Virus record (IMG/VR): IMGVR_UViG_3300045988_159706
Direction: 5' to 3' (one strand)
Source: a virus
Length of the DNA: 64,000 bases
Shown one piece after another: positions 10,433-19,812 of this stretch. The notes beneath the pieces were generated by a model. It did no database searches. It was not told the DNA's origin and saw only the letters and a program-made list of their open reading frames with translations. Position 1 is the stretch's first letter; each line of letters begins with the position of its first letter. The position numbers and the translations under genes were made by a program.

Positions 10433-10841
10433 CATTTCTTTTATTGATTTTGTAAATTCAAATATTGAAAAGTATATGAAAGAACAAAATCACAAAATGC
10501 TTATTGCATTTAGAAACATCAAATCTGAGTATGTTTATATGAAAGAGAAATCTGGAGAAACTGATACTGAGATTATTAAAAAGATGTTTAATAAACGAAA
10601 GGAAACTTGTGAGATTTACAAGAATAAGAACCTGGAACTCTTTGAAGCTGAAAATCGAGAGATGGTTATTCTTCATCCCTTCCTTCCTGTAAGTGTTCCC
10701 AAGAATGTCATTCTACAATACCTTAATAGGCTTTCTATTACAAAAGACAAGAAAAACTTTAAAGCTTTTCAAGATGCTTGTATGGAAGAATTTGGGGAAA
10801 AAGTTGAGTCTTCGATTATCTTAGAACACATAAATTCGTAA
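10425..10841 (+). CDS. GatB/YqeY-domain protein
   Basis: The pattern IEKYMKEQNHKMLIAFRNIKSE...KKMFNKRKETCEIY...AENREMVILHPFLP follows the YqeY pattern (MK..d...l...R..ks ... KqRk.s.e.y ... E...l..yLP). Confidence 0.55.
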   Translation: MNNISFIDFVNSNIEKYMKEQNHKMLIAFRNIKSEYVYMKEKSGETDTEIIKKMFNKRKETCEIYKNKNLELFEAENREMVILHPFLPVSVPKNVILQYLNRLSITKDKKNFKAFQDACMEEFGEKVESSIILEHINS

Positions 10842-10849
10842 TTTTCATA

Positions 10850-10918
10850 CCTCAAATTTTGATTAAATTATTATTTTGAAGGGGTAGTTCCAATTAAAAT
10901 TATAATCGAAATTTGAGG
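10850..10918 (+). other. long imperfect intergenic hairpin
   Basis: Perfect 10-bp arms cctcaaattt (10850-10859) and aaatttgagg (10909-10918), with further partial pairing inside (gattaaatta... / ...aattataatc). Confidence 0.4.
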
Positions 10919-10933
10919 CTTATTTTTAATATT

Positions 10934-11539
10934 ATGTCACTATACACAGATTTACAAAGTTGTAAGGTAGAATCAGATGTAGCTATCGTTTACAATAATT
11001 TATTCAAGTCACAGTTTGGAATTACTCCTGAACAGAAAAATAACTGTGATTCATACTTCTATTTGGGGGGGGGAATCCCTGTTTTAGTGGAATTCAAATA
11101 TAATGAAAACTTTAATAATAGAGTTAGCTTAGTTAAGGTTTTTATTCAAGTTTTATTTTACTTAAAATCTTTTAAGGAACCACCTTTGGTTACAATTATT
11201 GCTGATTTAAATGAATTTATTATAATTAATAATTCAGTATTGTTTGACTATCTAGAAGAAGATCTAGATTGGAGCGTAAATCCCTCTATTGCTCCTAAAT
11301 GTAATCAGGGTTTAATAGATAAGATGCTATTAGATTCTAATCTAATGAAAACGATTGTATACCCAATTAAAGAGACTACTGCTGATGAAGAGCTTTCCTC
11401 TTTAATTTTGGCAAAAAGTAAGGAATCAATTATCTATTATATTTATGATTGTGTAAACAAATTTAAAAGTTCTAAAGCTAAAGGGCTCGATAAACAGATC
11501 TCAAAGCTATTTAAGAATCTAAGTATATATTGTAAGTAA
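10934..11539 (+). CDS. hypothetical protein
   Basis: First ATG at 10934 within track ORF 10913-11539. No motif recognised. Confidence 0.55.
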   Translation: MSLYTDLQSCKVESDVAIVYNNLFKSQFGITPEQKNNCDSYFYLGGGIPVLVEFKYNENFNNRVSLVKVFIQVLFYLKSFKEPPLVTIIADLNEFIIINNSVLFDYLEEDLDWSVNPSIAPKCNQGLIDKMLLDSNLMKTIVYPIKETTADEELSSLILAKSKESIIYYIYDCVNKFKSSKAKGLDKQISKLFKNLSIYCK

Positions 11540-11542
11540 ATT

Positions 11543-12191
11543 ATGTTAAAAATAATATTTAATAAGGAGGATTTAGGGTGTCGCAAGGTGTTTTTCACCA
11601 GCGACACTCATTAGCTACTTTCGTCATGGTAACATAATTAAGTATTGTGATCGTCCATTTAATAGTATTCAAGAAATGGATCATGCATTGATTCAAAACT
11701 GGAATAAAGTGGTTAGTGAGGATGATATAGTTTTTCATTTGGGTGATTTTGCTTTTGCAGATAAAAGTAAATGGCGCCAAATAGCTAATTCTCTTAATGG
11801 GACAAAATATCTCGTTCAAGGTAATCATGATAGGACAGATGATATTCCAACTGAATGTTTTAAAATGATTCGAGACATGTTGCAAATTGCTATTTATGAT
11901 GAGGAGTTAGAAGATTATTCCACCTTCATTATGAGTCACTATCCACTGGCTACATGGGCAGGAATTAGTCGAAGTATATGCAACTTACATGGGCACATTC
12001 ATAGCACGCCTGATTTAAATGGAACTGGATTTGACATTGTAATTGCTAAAAACGCACCATGGAATCAGTACGATGTAGGAGTAGACAGAAATAATTTTAC
12101 TCCAGTTAGCTATGAAGATTTGAAAACTATCTTTACAAAACGAATGCTTTATGGAAATAAATCAATTAAGGGTTCACGAAAGAGTGATTAA
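11543..12191 (+). CDS. calcineurin-like metallophosphoesterase, reading frame interrupted after motif I
   Basis: ATG 11543 (AGGAGG upstream) encodes ...KVFFTSDTH and then hits TAG at 11612. The remainder, FRHGNIIKYCDRPF...HLGDF...GNHD...GHIH, is in another frame (track ORF 11676-12191). Deleting the 7 nt tagctac (11612-11618) gives the canonical SDTHFRHGNII. Confidence 0.6.
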
Positions 12192-12330
12192 CTTTCTTTA
12201 TAGAAATTTTGAACAAGGGGTGTTCAGAGTTGATGAAGAAGGGTACGAATATGTGGATAAAAAATATATTAATTTATATGATTCATTGGTATCTAAAATT
12301 TGGGCAACCGAATCTCTAATATGGATTTAG
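12151..12330 (+). CDS. possible small protein (59 aa)
   Basis: ATG 12151 to TAG 12328-12330. It fills an otherwise uncalled gap and its stop overlaps the next ATG. Below the track length cutoff. Confidence 0.3.
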   Translation: MEINQLRVHERVINFLYRNFEQGVFRVDEEGYEYVDKKYINLYDSLVSKIWATESLIWI

Positions 12331-12746
12331 ATATTTATGTAGAGAAATTGTATCAGGCTTGAATTAAATATAAAGGAGTTAGAATTCTTGTAGACTATGA
12401 TGATACAATTAAACCGTATAATACAGCTTCTGAAGCTCTTTGTAAAGACATAATTAATACTTTAATTGAAGCCCAAGAACTAGGAGCTACGGTAGTTCTA
12501 TGGACCTGTAGATCTGGGACCCGTTTAAAGGAAGCTGTAAATTATTGTAAATCTGTAGGATTAGAATTTACTGATGTCAATCCTGTAGAACCTTTCTTAC
12601 CAGGGTATTCTATGAAAGCCTATGGTAATATACTACTTGATGATAAAGCTGGATTAGAACAAGCTTTAACTACATTAAAATTAGCATTATACAAATATAA
12701 AAAGTTCGTTTATGAAATTAACGAGAAGCAAAGATTGCAATCCTAA
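12321..12746 (+). CDS. small HAD-like protein (one in-frame TGA)
   Basis: The ORF runs from ATG 12321 to TAA 12744-12746 and needs one in-frame TGA read as sense (YQA-W-IKYKGV). ILVDYDDTI resembles HAD motif I (DxDxT). Confidence 0.5.
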
Positions 12747-14091
12747 CTACCTTGCTAAGATTGTACAAATTGATTCATTTAGACCTCACCCTAATGCTGA
12801 GCGTCTAAAGTTAGCAACTGTTGATGGATATATAATTTCCACATCAATTGATTCTGCAGAGGGAATCTATGTATATTTTCCTGTTGAATGTGTTATCAAT
12901 TCCGACTTTTTGAAGGTTAATAATCTTTACAGAAAAGCAGACCTTAATCTTGATCCTACTAAACAAGGATTTTTTGAAGAGTCTGGTCGAGTAAAATGTA
13001 TTAAACTAAGAGGACTTGCCTCAGAAGGGCTTATCATGCCTATCTATGAGTTGTGTAAATTTTCTGGAGAAGGAATTGCAGAACCTATAGATTCTGTTGA
13101 AATGTCAAAATTAGTAGGAACAGAATTTGATACTGTAAATGATAAATTGTTTGTCTGGAAATATGTGATTCCTACTAAAGCTTCTAGTGGAGGAATTAAT
13201 GGCTCAGCTAAAGAAAAGAAGAAAATTCTTAATATAGTTGATGATCAATTCCATTTTCACATCGATACAGAACAGTTACAGAAAAATATTCATAAGGTTC
13301 AGCCAACTGATATTATTAATATCTCTTGGAAAGAGCATGGAACAAGTTTGATTCTATGTAACCTACTTACTAAGAAAAATCTCTCTTTAAAGGAAAAGAT
13401 TGCCAAATTCTTTGGAATTCCTGTATCTGAAAATGAATATAAGAAATTCTGTTCATCTAGAAAAGTTATCAAAAATCCTGAACTAAATCCTAGCATGACC
13501 AAGGGATATTACGATTGTGATATTTGGAATCTTGCCTTCGAAGTATTAAAGGATTACTTATCTAAGGGGCTTTCTATCTACGCAGAAATTGTAGGATATA
13601 TGCCTACAGGATCTATGATTCAATCTGGATATGATTATCAATGTATCTATGATCCTAAAACTTATGAGTATTCAAAAATGACTCCTAAACAAATGTATGA
13701 TGCAAAACTGTTTGACATTATTGTTTACAGAATTACATATACTAATGTAGAAGGAAGAGTTTTTGAATTCTCTACTCAACAAATGAAGACCTTTTGTGAA
13801 AAGTATGGAATTCATTGTATTAAAGAGCTCTACTATGGAACAGCACAACAGCTATTTCCTGAGTTGAATCCCGATGAGCATTGGCATGAAAATTTCTTGC
13901 AAGCATTGAGAGATAAATACTTAGAGAGAGAGTCTGTTCTTTGTAACAATAAAGTTCCCGAAGAAGGAATTGTTCTTCGTAGAGAAGTAAGTGAAATTGA
14001 TGTTTATAAACTTAAGTCAGTAGCATTCCTTGAGAGAGAAACTAAGATGCTTGATAAGGGAGAAGCTGACATTGAATCAGGACAAGAATAA
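12712..14091 (+). CDS. ATP-dependent RNA ligase-family nucleotidyltransferase
   Basis: Motif I-like ISWKEHGTS, motif IV EGIVLRRE and motif V VYKLKS, with an N-terminal OB-like region. It sits next to Pnkp. All 4 Trp codons are TGG and there is no TGA. Confidence 0.6.
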   Translation: MKLTRSKDCNPNYLAKIVQIDSFRPHPNAERLKLATVDGYIISTSIDSAEGIYVYFPVECVINSDFLKVNNLYRKADLNLDPTKQGFFEESGRVKCIKLRGLASEGLIMPIYELCKFSGEGIAEPIDSVEMSKLVGTEFDTVNDKLFVWKYVIPTKASSGGINGSAKEKKKILNIVDDQFHFHIDTEQLQKNIHKVQPTDIINISWKEHGTSLILCNLLTKKNLSLKEKIAKFFGIPVSENEYKKFCSSRKVIKNPELNPSMTKGYYDCDIWNLAFEVLKDYLSKGLSIYAEIVGYMPTGSMIQSGYDYQCIYDPKTYEYSKMTPKQMYDAKLFDIIVYRITYTNVEGRVFEFSTQQMKTFCEKYGIHCIKELYYGTAQQLFPELNPDEHWHENFLQALRDKYLERESVLCNNKVPEEGIVLRREVSEIDVYKLKSVAFLERETKMLDKGEADIESGQE

Positions 14092-14606
14092 TGAAGTCAT
14101 TTTCTAAAGAAGAAATTCAGACACTCAAAGAAAACAAGGAAGTTTTATATTTTTATAAGCTTCCTTGTTCTTTATTTGATTCTGGATTTCAATATATTAT
14201 TGTTACTGATGCTCCAGAACCTTCTGAAAAATATGATAATGTAAAATATCTTTCTTCTCAGTGTTGGTTTCAAAGAATGCAAAATGGGAGTTTACTCCCA
14301 ATAGTTTGCACATCACTTGGAAAATCCTATAAGATAAAAGAATATGTATCTGTCTATGTAAAGCCAGATATTATAAAGCTTAGAAAATTATTAGAAAACA
14401 GTTTATTAGGAGCTTGTAAATATTCTTGAAGTTTATCTGATGATGAAATTATACAAGAATCTTTATGGGGAATCCAAGTAATTAAAGAGGGAAGAGTGAA
14501 TAGAATTGATGTATTTAAATTAATTTATAAGGTGACTGAAGCTTTTAGTGAATTTTTAGAAGTATCTGCGCCGATGTATCGAATGTGGAGGGAGAATAAT
14601 GAGTAA
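14091..14606 (+). CDS. hypothetical protein (extended through TGA 14427-14429)
   Basis: Track ORF 14091-14429 continues in frame (KYS-W-SLSDDEI...) to TAA 14604-14606, overlapping the pnkp start. Confidence 0.6.
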
Positions 14607-15498
14607 GATGATCGTACTTCAAGGCTGTCCTGCTTCAGGTAAAAGTACCTGGGCTAAAGAGTTTATAAAGGATAAGCCTAACTGGGTAATTGTATCCAGA
14701 GATGAAATTAGAGAGGGAACTGGTAAATATTGGGTCCCATCTCGTGAAAATTATATTTCTGATATTGAAGAATTTTCTATTAGAGCAGCTATTAATCGTA
14801 ACTTAAATGTTATTGTAGATGCCACTAATCTTAATCAGAAAACTATTGATAAGTTAACTAAACTCGCTACTGAACTAAAGGTAGACATAGAGTTTAAAAA
14901 GTTTGTTATTTCATTCAATGAAGCTTACTGGCGTGATACGAAAAGGACTCGTAAAGTAGGACTGGCAGTATTACGTAGGTTCTTTAATACATATTTTCCT
15001 GATATGTCTCAGGAAATTGTAAACCAAGAAAAGGAATCTCCAGCTAAAGAAAGATTTATTCTTAAACAAGATGAAACTCTTCCTCATGCTATTATTTGCG
15101 ATATTGATGGAACTTTATCATTAATGAATGGAAGAGGTCCGTTTGAGTATCATCGAGTAAATGAGGATCTTCCAAATAATCCTGTCATTGATTTAGTTAA
15201 CTCTTTATCAAAGATGTATCAAATTATTATTGTTACAGGTCGTGAAGATACCGAAGTATGTAGGAAAGAAACTCTTAAATGGCTGAATAGATATTTAACA
15301 TGTAGCGATTTTTTATTCTATATGAGAAAAGAAAAAGATTATAGAAAGGATGCTATTGTTAAGACTGAAATTTATAATGAACATATTAAAGATAAATATT
15401 GTGTAGCTGCGGTATTCGACGACCGAGACCAGGTTGTGAACGATTGTTGGAGAAAGCTAGGATTACTATGTAATCAGGTTTGGAAAGGAGATTTTTAA
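14599..15498 (+). CDS. polynucleotide 5'-kinase / 3'-phosphatase (T4 Pnkp-like)
   Basis: N-terminal P-loop kinase VLQGCPASGKST. C-terminal HAD phosphatase ICDIDGTL...VTGR...FDDRD. This is the same domain order as T4 Pnkp. All 7 Trp codons are TGG. Confidence 0.8.
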   Translation: MSKMIVLQGCPASGKSTWAKEFIKDKPNWVIVSRDEIREGTGKYWVPSRENYISDIEEFSIRAAINRNLNVIVDATNLNQKTIDKLTKLATELKVDIEFKKFVISFNEAYWRDTKRTRKVGLAVLRRFFNTYFPDMSQEIVNQEKESPAKERFILKQDETLPHAIICDIDGTLSLMNGRGPFEYHRVNEDLPNNPVIDLVNSLSKMYQIIIVTGREDTEVCRKETLKWLNRYLTCSDFLFYMRKEKDYRKDAIVKTEIYNEHIKDKYCVAAVFDDRDQVVNDCWRKLGLLCNQVWKGDF

Positions 15499-15499
15499 T

Positions 15500-15763
15500 A
15501 TGACTGTTGATGAATTTAATGATAAATGGAAGAACCATTTAGAAGAAGGATTTGAAGGATTGGAGTTTAGTGATGCTGAAGGGAAGGTTGTGGATTGGTT
15601 AGATAAACATTTTGTTTTATTTGAATTAATAAATCCAGAGTTTACTTATGCGCAAATTAAACTCAAATTTGGAATGGCCAGAGTATATCTTCAAGGGCTT
15701 CCTAGTACATGTGCACAAATAGCAGAAGATGCAATAAATAAAATTATGAAATGCAAACTTTAA
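15500..15763 (+). CDS. hypothetical protein
   Basis: 87-aa ORF, tightly packed against the upstream gene. No motif recognised. Confidence 0.5.
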   Translation: MTVDEFNDKWKNHLEEGFEGLEFSDAEGKVVDWLDKHFVLFELINPEFTYAQIKLKFGMARVYLQGLPSTCAQIAEDAINKIMKCKL

Positions 15764-15784
15764 TTAAATTATATCAGATGCTTT

Positions 15785-15826
15785 ATATAGGAGTATGTAG
15801 GATGAATTACTACATTACTCCTATAT
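15785..15826 (+). other. intergenic hairpin (possible terminator or regulatory stem)
   Basis: Arms atataggagta / tactcctatat (11 bp) plus tgtag / ctaca (5 bp, one bulged T), with a 9-nt loop. No clear T-run follows. Confidence 0.4.
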
Positions 15827-15856
15827 ATGAGCCTATTCTATTATTTATTAGTTCTT

Positions 15857-16144
15857 ATGTCTAAGAATATTCCTGATAGCTGTTGAGATAATGATCCTTC
15901 AGCACCTTGGAATGATATACAAGTAACTTATAATTATAGGTTATATGTAAATCTCGATGGTATTCTATTTGCTTCCAAAATTATAAGAGAAGTAACTACA
16001 TTTAGTCACTTTGAAATCAAATCTCCAGATGATTGGACTTTTCTTGAAAATGATATTTATCAAGTTATAGAAGATAATCTTGGGGATGAAATTAAGGAAT
16101 GTAACTACAAGATTGACTTACTAAACTGAAGCTATAATGAATAA
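15857..16144 (+). CDS. hypothetical small protein (2 in-frame TGA)
   Basis: ATG 15857 to TAA 16142-16144, readable only if TGA is sense (DSC-W-DNDPSAPW..., LLN-W-SYNE). Confidence 0.45.
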
Positions 16145-16307
16145 ATATGTAATTGTAGAATGACCAGATATTCAATTTTTAATGACTGAATCTGGTTTTA
16201 ACGAACATGCCTGTCTTATTAATGATGATGAATGAGTGTCTAAATATGGTTCTTCTGCATACTTTGTTGAAGAAGAATGATTAAATAGAATATCATATGA
16301 AAGCTAA
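16137..16307 (+). CDS. hypothetical small protein (3 in-frame TGA)
   Basis: ATG 16137 to TAA 16305-16307 (VE-W-PDIQF, DDE-W-VSKYG, EEE-W-LNRI). Its start overlaps the previous stop. Confidence 0.4.
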
Positions 16308-16491
16308 AGTTAAAGGATTTGATCTTGAAGTTGAACCAATGACAAAATATGATTATAATAATTGTATTTTGAAACTTCAAGTACAACATAGAGAAAATAA
16401 GAGAATCAATGGATTCTATTGCAACTGGAATGGTTATAAGTTCTGAATAGATGAAATTGACTTTAACAAGATATATACCATTGAAGAGTAA
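16297..16491 (+). CDS. hypothetical small protein (1 in-frame TGA)
   Basis: ATG 16297 to TAA 16489-16491, which overlaps the Pol A ATG (TAATG). Confidence 0.4.
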
Positions 16492-18482
16492 TGATATATT
16501 TAGTTACTAACGCTCCAGCTTTAATTCAATCTACTAAGTATACATGCATTTCTGTCAAGGAAGCTTTAGGTATGCTGGAGAAATTAAAGATTGTTGGTGT
16601 AGATACTGAAACTGAAGGTTTTGATGTCTATACTAAAAAACTATTATCTCTTCAATTAGGATGTTTTGATTTCCAAGTAGTTATTGATTGTACTACAGTT
16701 AATGTTTTACTATTTAAGGATTATTTGGAGTCGGAACGACTATTTCTTTTTTGAAATGCAAAGTTTGACTTAAAATTCTTATATTATTATGGAATTATTC
16801 CAAGATATGTTTGGGATGGCTATCTTGCAGAAAAATTAATGTGGCTAGGATATCCTTCTGGTATGCATGGAATGAGTCTTAAAGATGCAGGAATAAATTA
16901 TCTTGGAGTAGAACTGGATAAGACTGTTCGAGGTCAAATTATAAATAAGGGTTTAACAGAAGATGTTATAGTTTATGCTGGAACTGATGTTAAATACCTA
17001 GAATCTATAATGGAGAAGCAAAAAGAAAAACTTAAAGAACAGGGTCTTCTTGATGCTATCCGTGTTGAAAACGCATTTGTTAGATGTTTAGCTTATATAG
17101 AATTTTGTGGAGCTAAAATTGATCCAGAGAAATGGAAAAAGAAACTGGAGAATGATTCTAACTTATGTGAAGATTTAATCTGTCAACTCAATAAATGAGT
17201 TGAAGATAATATGGGAGGTAAGTATACAACTGTAAATAGACAAGGTGATCTATTCGATGGATTTGATACTCGTCCCAGATGTCATATTAATTGAAAGAGT
17301 GCACAACAAGTAATTCCTCTTTTTGAAGATCTTGGTTTAAATCTTTCAGTAATTGATCCTAAGACCAAACGTCCAAAAAAGTCTACTGATATTAAAGTTA
17401 TAGGACCACAAGCTTCTAAAAGTCCATTAATTCCTATATTTATGGAGTATAAGAAAGCTGCGATTTTAGTAGATACCTTTGGTGAAAAGTTTTTAGATCT
17501 TATAAACCCAAAAACTGGACGCATTCATGCTAATTTTAACCAGTTAGGCACTGATACAGGCCGATTGAGTTCAACTGATCCGAATCTCCAGAATCTTCCA
17601 AGTGATGCTTTGACTCGCTCCTGCTTTATAGCAGAGCCAGGAAACAAGTGGATCTCAGCTGACTATTCTGGGCAGGAAAGTTTCCTAATGGCTTCTATTG
17701 CTAATGATAAAGCTATGCTTGACGAATTAGTGAATGGTTCAGGAGACTTACATAGCCTAACTGCTAAAATGGTATTCCTTGAAATTCCAAGAGACACTCC
17801 ACTTAAAGCAATTAAAACAAAGTATCATCATCTGAGAAAAGAAGCAAAGGGCTATGAATTCTGTTTTAATTATGGAGGAATGGATAATACTCTTGTTAGA
17901 AATTATGGAATTTCTGAAGAGCGGGCCAAAGAAATCTATACTAACTACATGGAGGGTTTCTCAGGACTGAGAGACTATCAAAAGTTTAGAAGAAAGGATG
18001 TAATGGAAAAAGGATATATACTTTTAAGTCCAATTACTGGGCATAAAGCATATATCTATGACTTTGCTGAACTTAAACGCCTCTGGAAAAAACAATGTGA
18101 GAAAGGATTCTGGGAGTATTATAGAGAAATGAAACGAGATGCCCCAGACTGTGAAACTGTACAAAATGTTAGAAAATTAGCAAAAAGACGTGCAGAATCT
18201 GAAAAGCAAAGTATTAATTATCCAATACAAGCTGCAGGAGCATTGTGTTTTAAGTATGCATCTGTCTTTTTATTCAAATATCTACAAGAGCATGACCTGC
18301 TGTTTAAAGTAAAATATTGTATACCTGTACATGATGAGATTAATCTTGAGGCTCCTGCGGAGATTGCAGAAGAGATAGGAAAAGTTCTTGTACAATGTAT
18401 GGAGAAGGCTGGTGCAGTATTTTGTAAAAGAGCTAAGCTTAGTGCTGATTTAACTATTGGAGATTATTGGATACATGAATAA
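16491..18482 (+). CDS. family A DNA polymerase with 3'-5' exonuclease domain
   Basis: Track ORFs 16491-16754, 16839-17198 and 17442-18482 share one frame, and the gaps hold only sense codons plus TGA (16752, 17196, about 17292). Exo I VGVDTETEG, Exo II NAKFDLKFL, Exo III YAGTDVKYL. Pol motif A ISADYSGQES, motif B RKEAKGYEFCFNYGG, motif C IPVHDEI. Confidence 0.9.
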
Positions 18483-18735
18483 AATATATGAACTAGTCTT
18501 CTATTGGGAAGATATATACAATGGTTGTGAAATTACTGAAACTATATTAACAACTAGTCGTGAACGTGTTGAAGCGGAAATAGAAGGTTTTAGAAACCGC
18601 AATTTAAAAAATAGAGGTGAGGAAATTAAGCCTTCGCACAATCATTACATCTATGCGTATAAAAACAACAATGTTAAAACATTTATAGACGGTTGGTCAA
18701 ATCTTAAAATATTTGAGCATGATAAAATTAATTAA
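18475..18735 (+). CDS. hypothetical protein
   Basis: First ATG at 18475 within track ORF 18457-18735, overlapping the Pol A stop. Confidence 0.5.
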   Translation: MNKIYELVFYWEDIYNGCEITETILTTSRERVEAEIEGFRNRNLKNRGEEIKPSHNHYIYAYKNNNVKTFIDGWSNLKIFEHDKIN

Positions 18736-18979
18736 ATTTGGGGCTTCATATTGTGCGCCCTGTCGCGCTATGATGCCTATTCTTGAAGAACTCAAAAATA
18801 AGATAGAAATAGAAGATATCGATGTGGATGAAGTAGATCCTATTGTGTTAACTAATTATAAAATTAGAAACATTCCTGTACTTGTTTTAGTTCAGGATAA
18901 TAAGGAAGTTTGGAGGCACGTAGGAAGTATTTCTAAAGTAGAATTAGAAGAGAAAATTAAAGAATATGAGGCTAATTAA
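18719..18979 (+). CDS. thioredoxin-fold protein (CxxC)
   Basis: FGASYCAPCRAM is a Trx-type CxxC redox motif in a protein of about 86 aa, and IPVLVLV matches the cis-Pro region. Confidence 0.7.
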   Translation: MIKLIKFGASYCAPCRAMMPILEELKNKIEIEDIDVDEVDPIVLTNYKIRNIPVLVLVQDNKEVWRHVGSISKVELEEKIKEYEAN

Positions 18980-19418
18980 ACCATCTTTTGAAATACTTGA
19001 GCAGGAACCAGGTATTCAAGGAATATATAAGCAAATTGAGAGAGCAGGGAGAACATGCTATAAATCAGAGGATCATATTACAGAAGACTCAGCAGAGAAA
19101 TTTGTTAATATGATTAAGGATAGACAGCATACTGCTATGCTTGAACATGGCACTGTATATCTTTATATTCATAAGGATCATGCTTACAATGTAATAGGTG
19201 ATAATTGGGTAACTGAACAATACCTTTCTAATTCTTACTCAGTTATTAATACAGATTCTTATGGTAATTATCATATCACAACTAATTACAGAGTTTTATA
19301 TGAAAATGACTGGCTTGACGATTTAAAATATCTCTGTGAACCTACTGAATATCATGAAAAACGAATTACAGTAAAGTTTATTTGTGATCGTGGTGTGTCT
19401 CATGAGTTTGTAAGGCAT
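18966..19418 (+). CDS. thyX: flavin-dependent thymidylate synthase, exon 1
   Basis: Ends at ...SHEFVRH (cat 19416-19418), after 151 complete codons. The standard-code ORF runs on into the intron and stops at 19439. Confidence 0.8.
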
Positions 19419-19812
19419 AAAATACTTTGTGTCGCATAATAGTAATATTATGAAAAATAAACTCCGTGAATTGCTGGAAAGCTAAACATAAAATGCATGC
19501 TAATCAGCAGCCAAGCACACCTTTAACAAAGTGTGAAGGTTCAGAGACTAACTAATGAAACTATGATAAAATATATTTTTAATTATATATGGTATTTAAT
19601 CCAATTACCTATTTATTTTATACTAATGTGTTGTGTATTTACAATACCATTGGCAGCTATGCTATGGGGATTTGAATTAAAAGGACCAGATAAACCTCAT
19701 AGAATATAATTTAGACACGAGTGCGGAGCATCCAGAAATGGATGATGATATAGTCCGATACTCCTCTGAAAAGAGGAGAGTATAAGATAAAGAGCTTATA
19801 CATAACAAATTG
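19419..19812 (+). mobile_element. group I intron (no endonuclease ORF) interrupting thyX
   Basis: The exon ends in U and the intron ends in G (19812). P1 pairs exon ggcat (19414-19418) with gtgtc (19429-19433), with U-G at the splice site. It shares tccgtgaat, cacgagtgcgga, gatatagtc and gataaagagc...ataacaa blocks with the second intron. Confidence 0.7.

Noticed and set aside
3790-18482. Inteins or introns in NrdJ or Pol A
   Set aside because: Once TGA is read as sense, both proteins are collinear with their canonical motif order, with no extra insert of intein or intron size.
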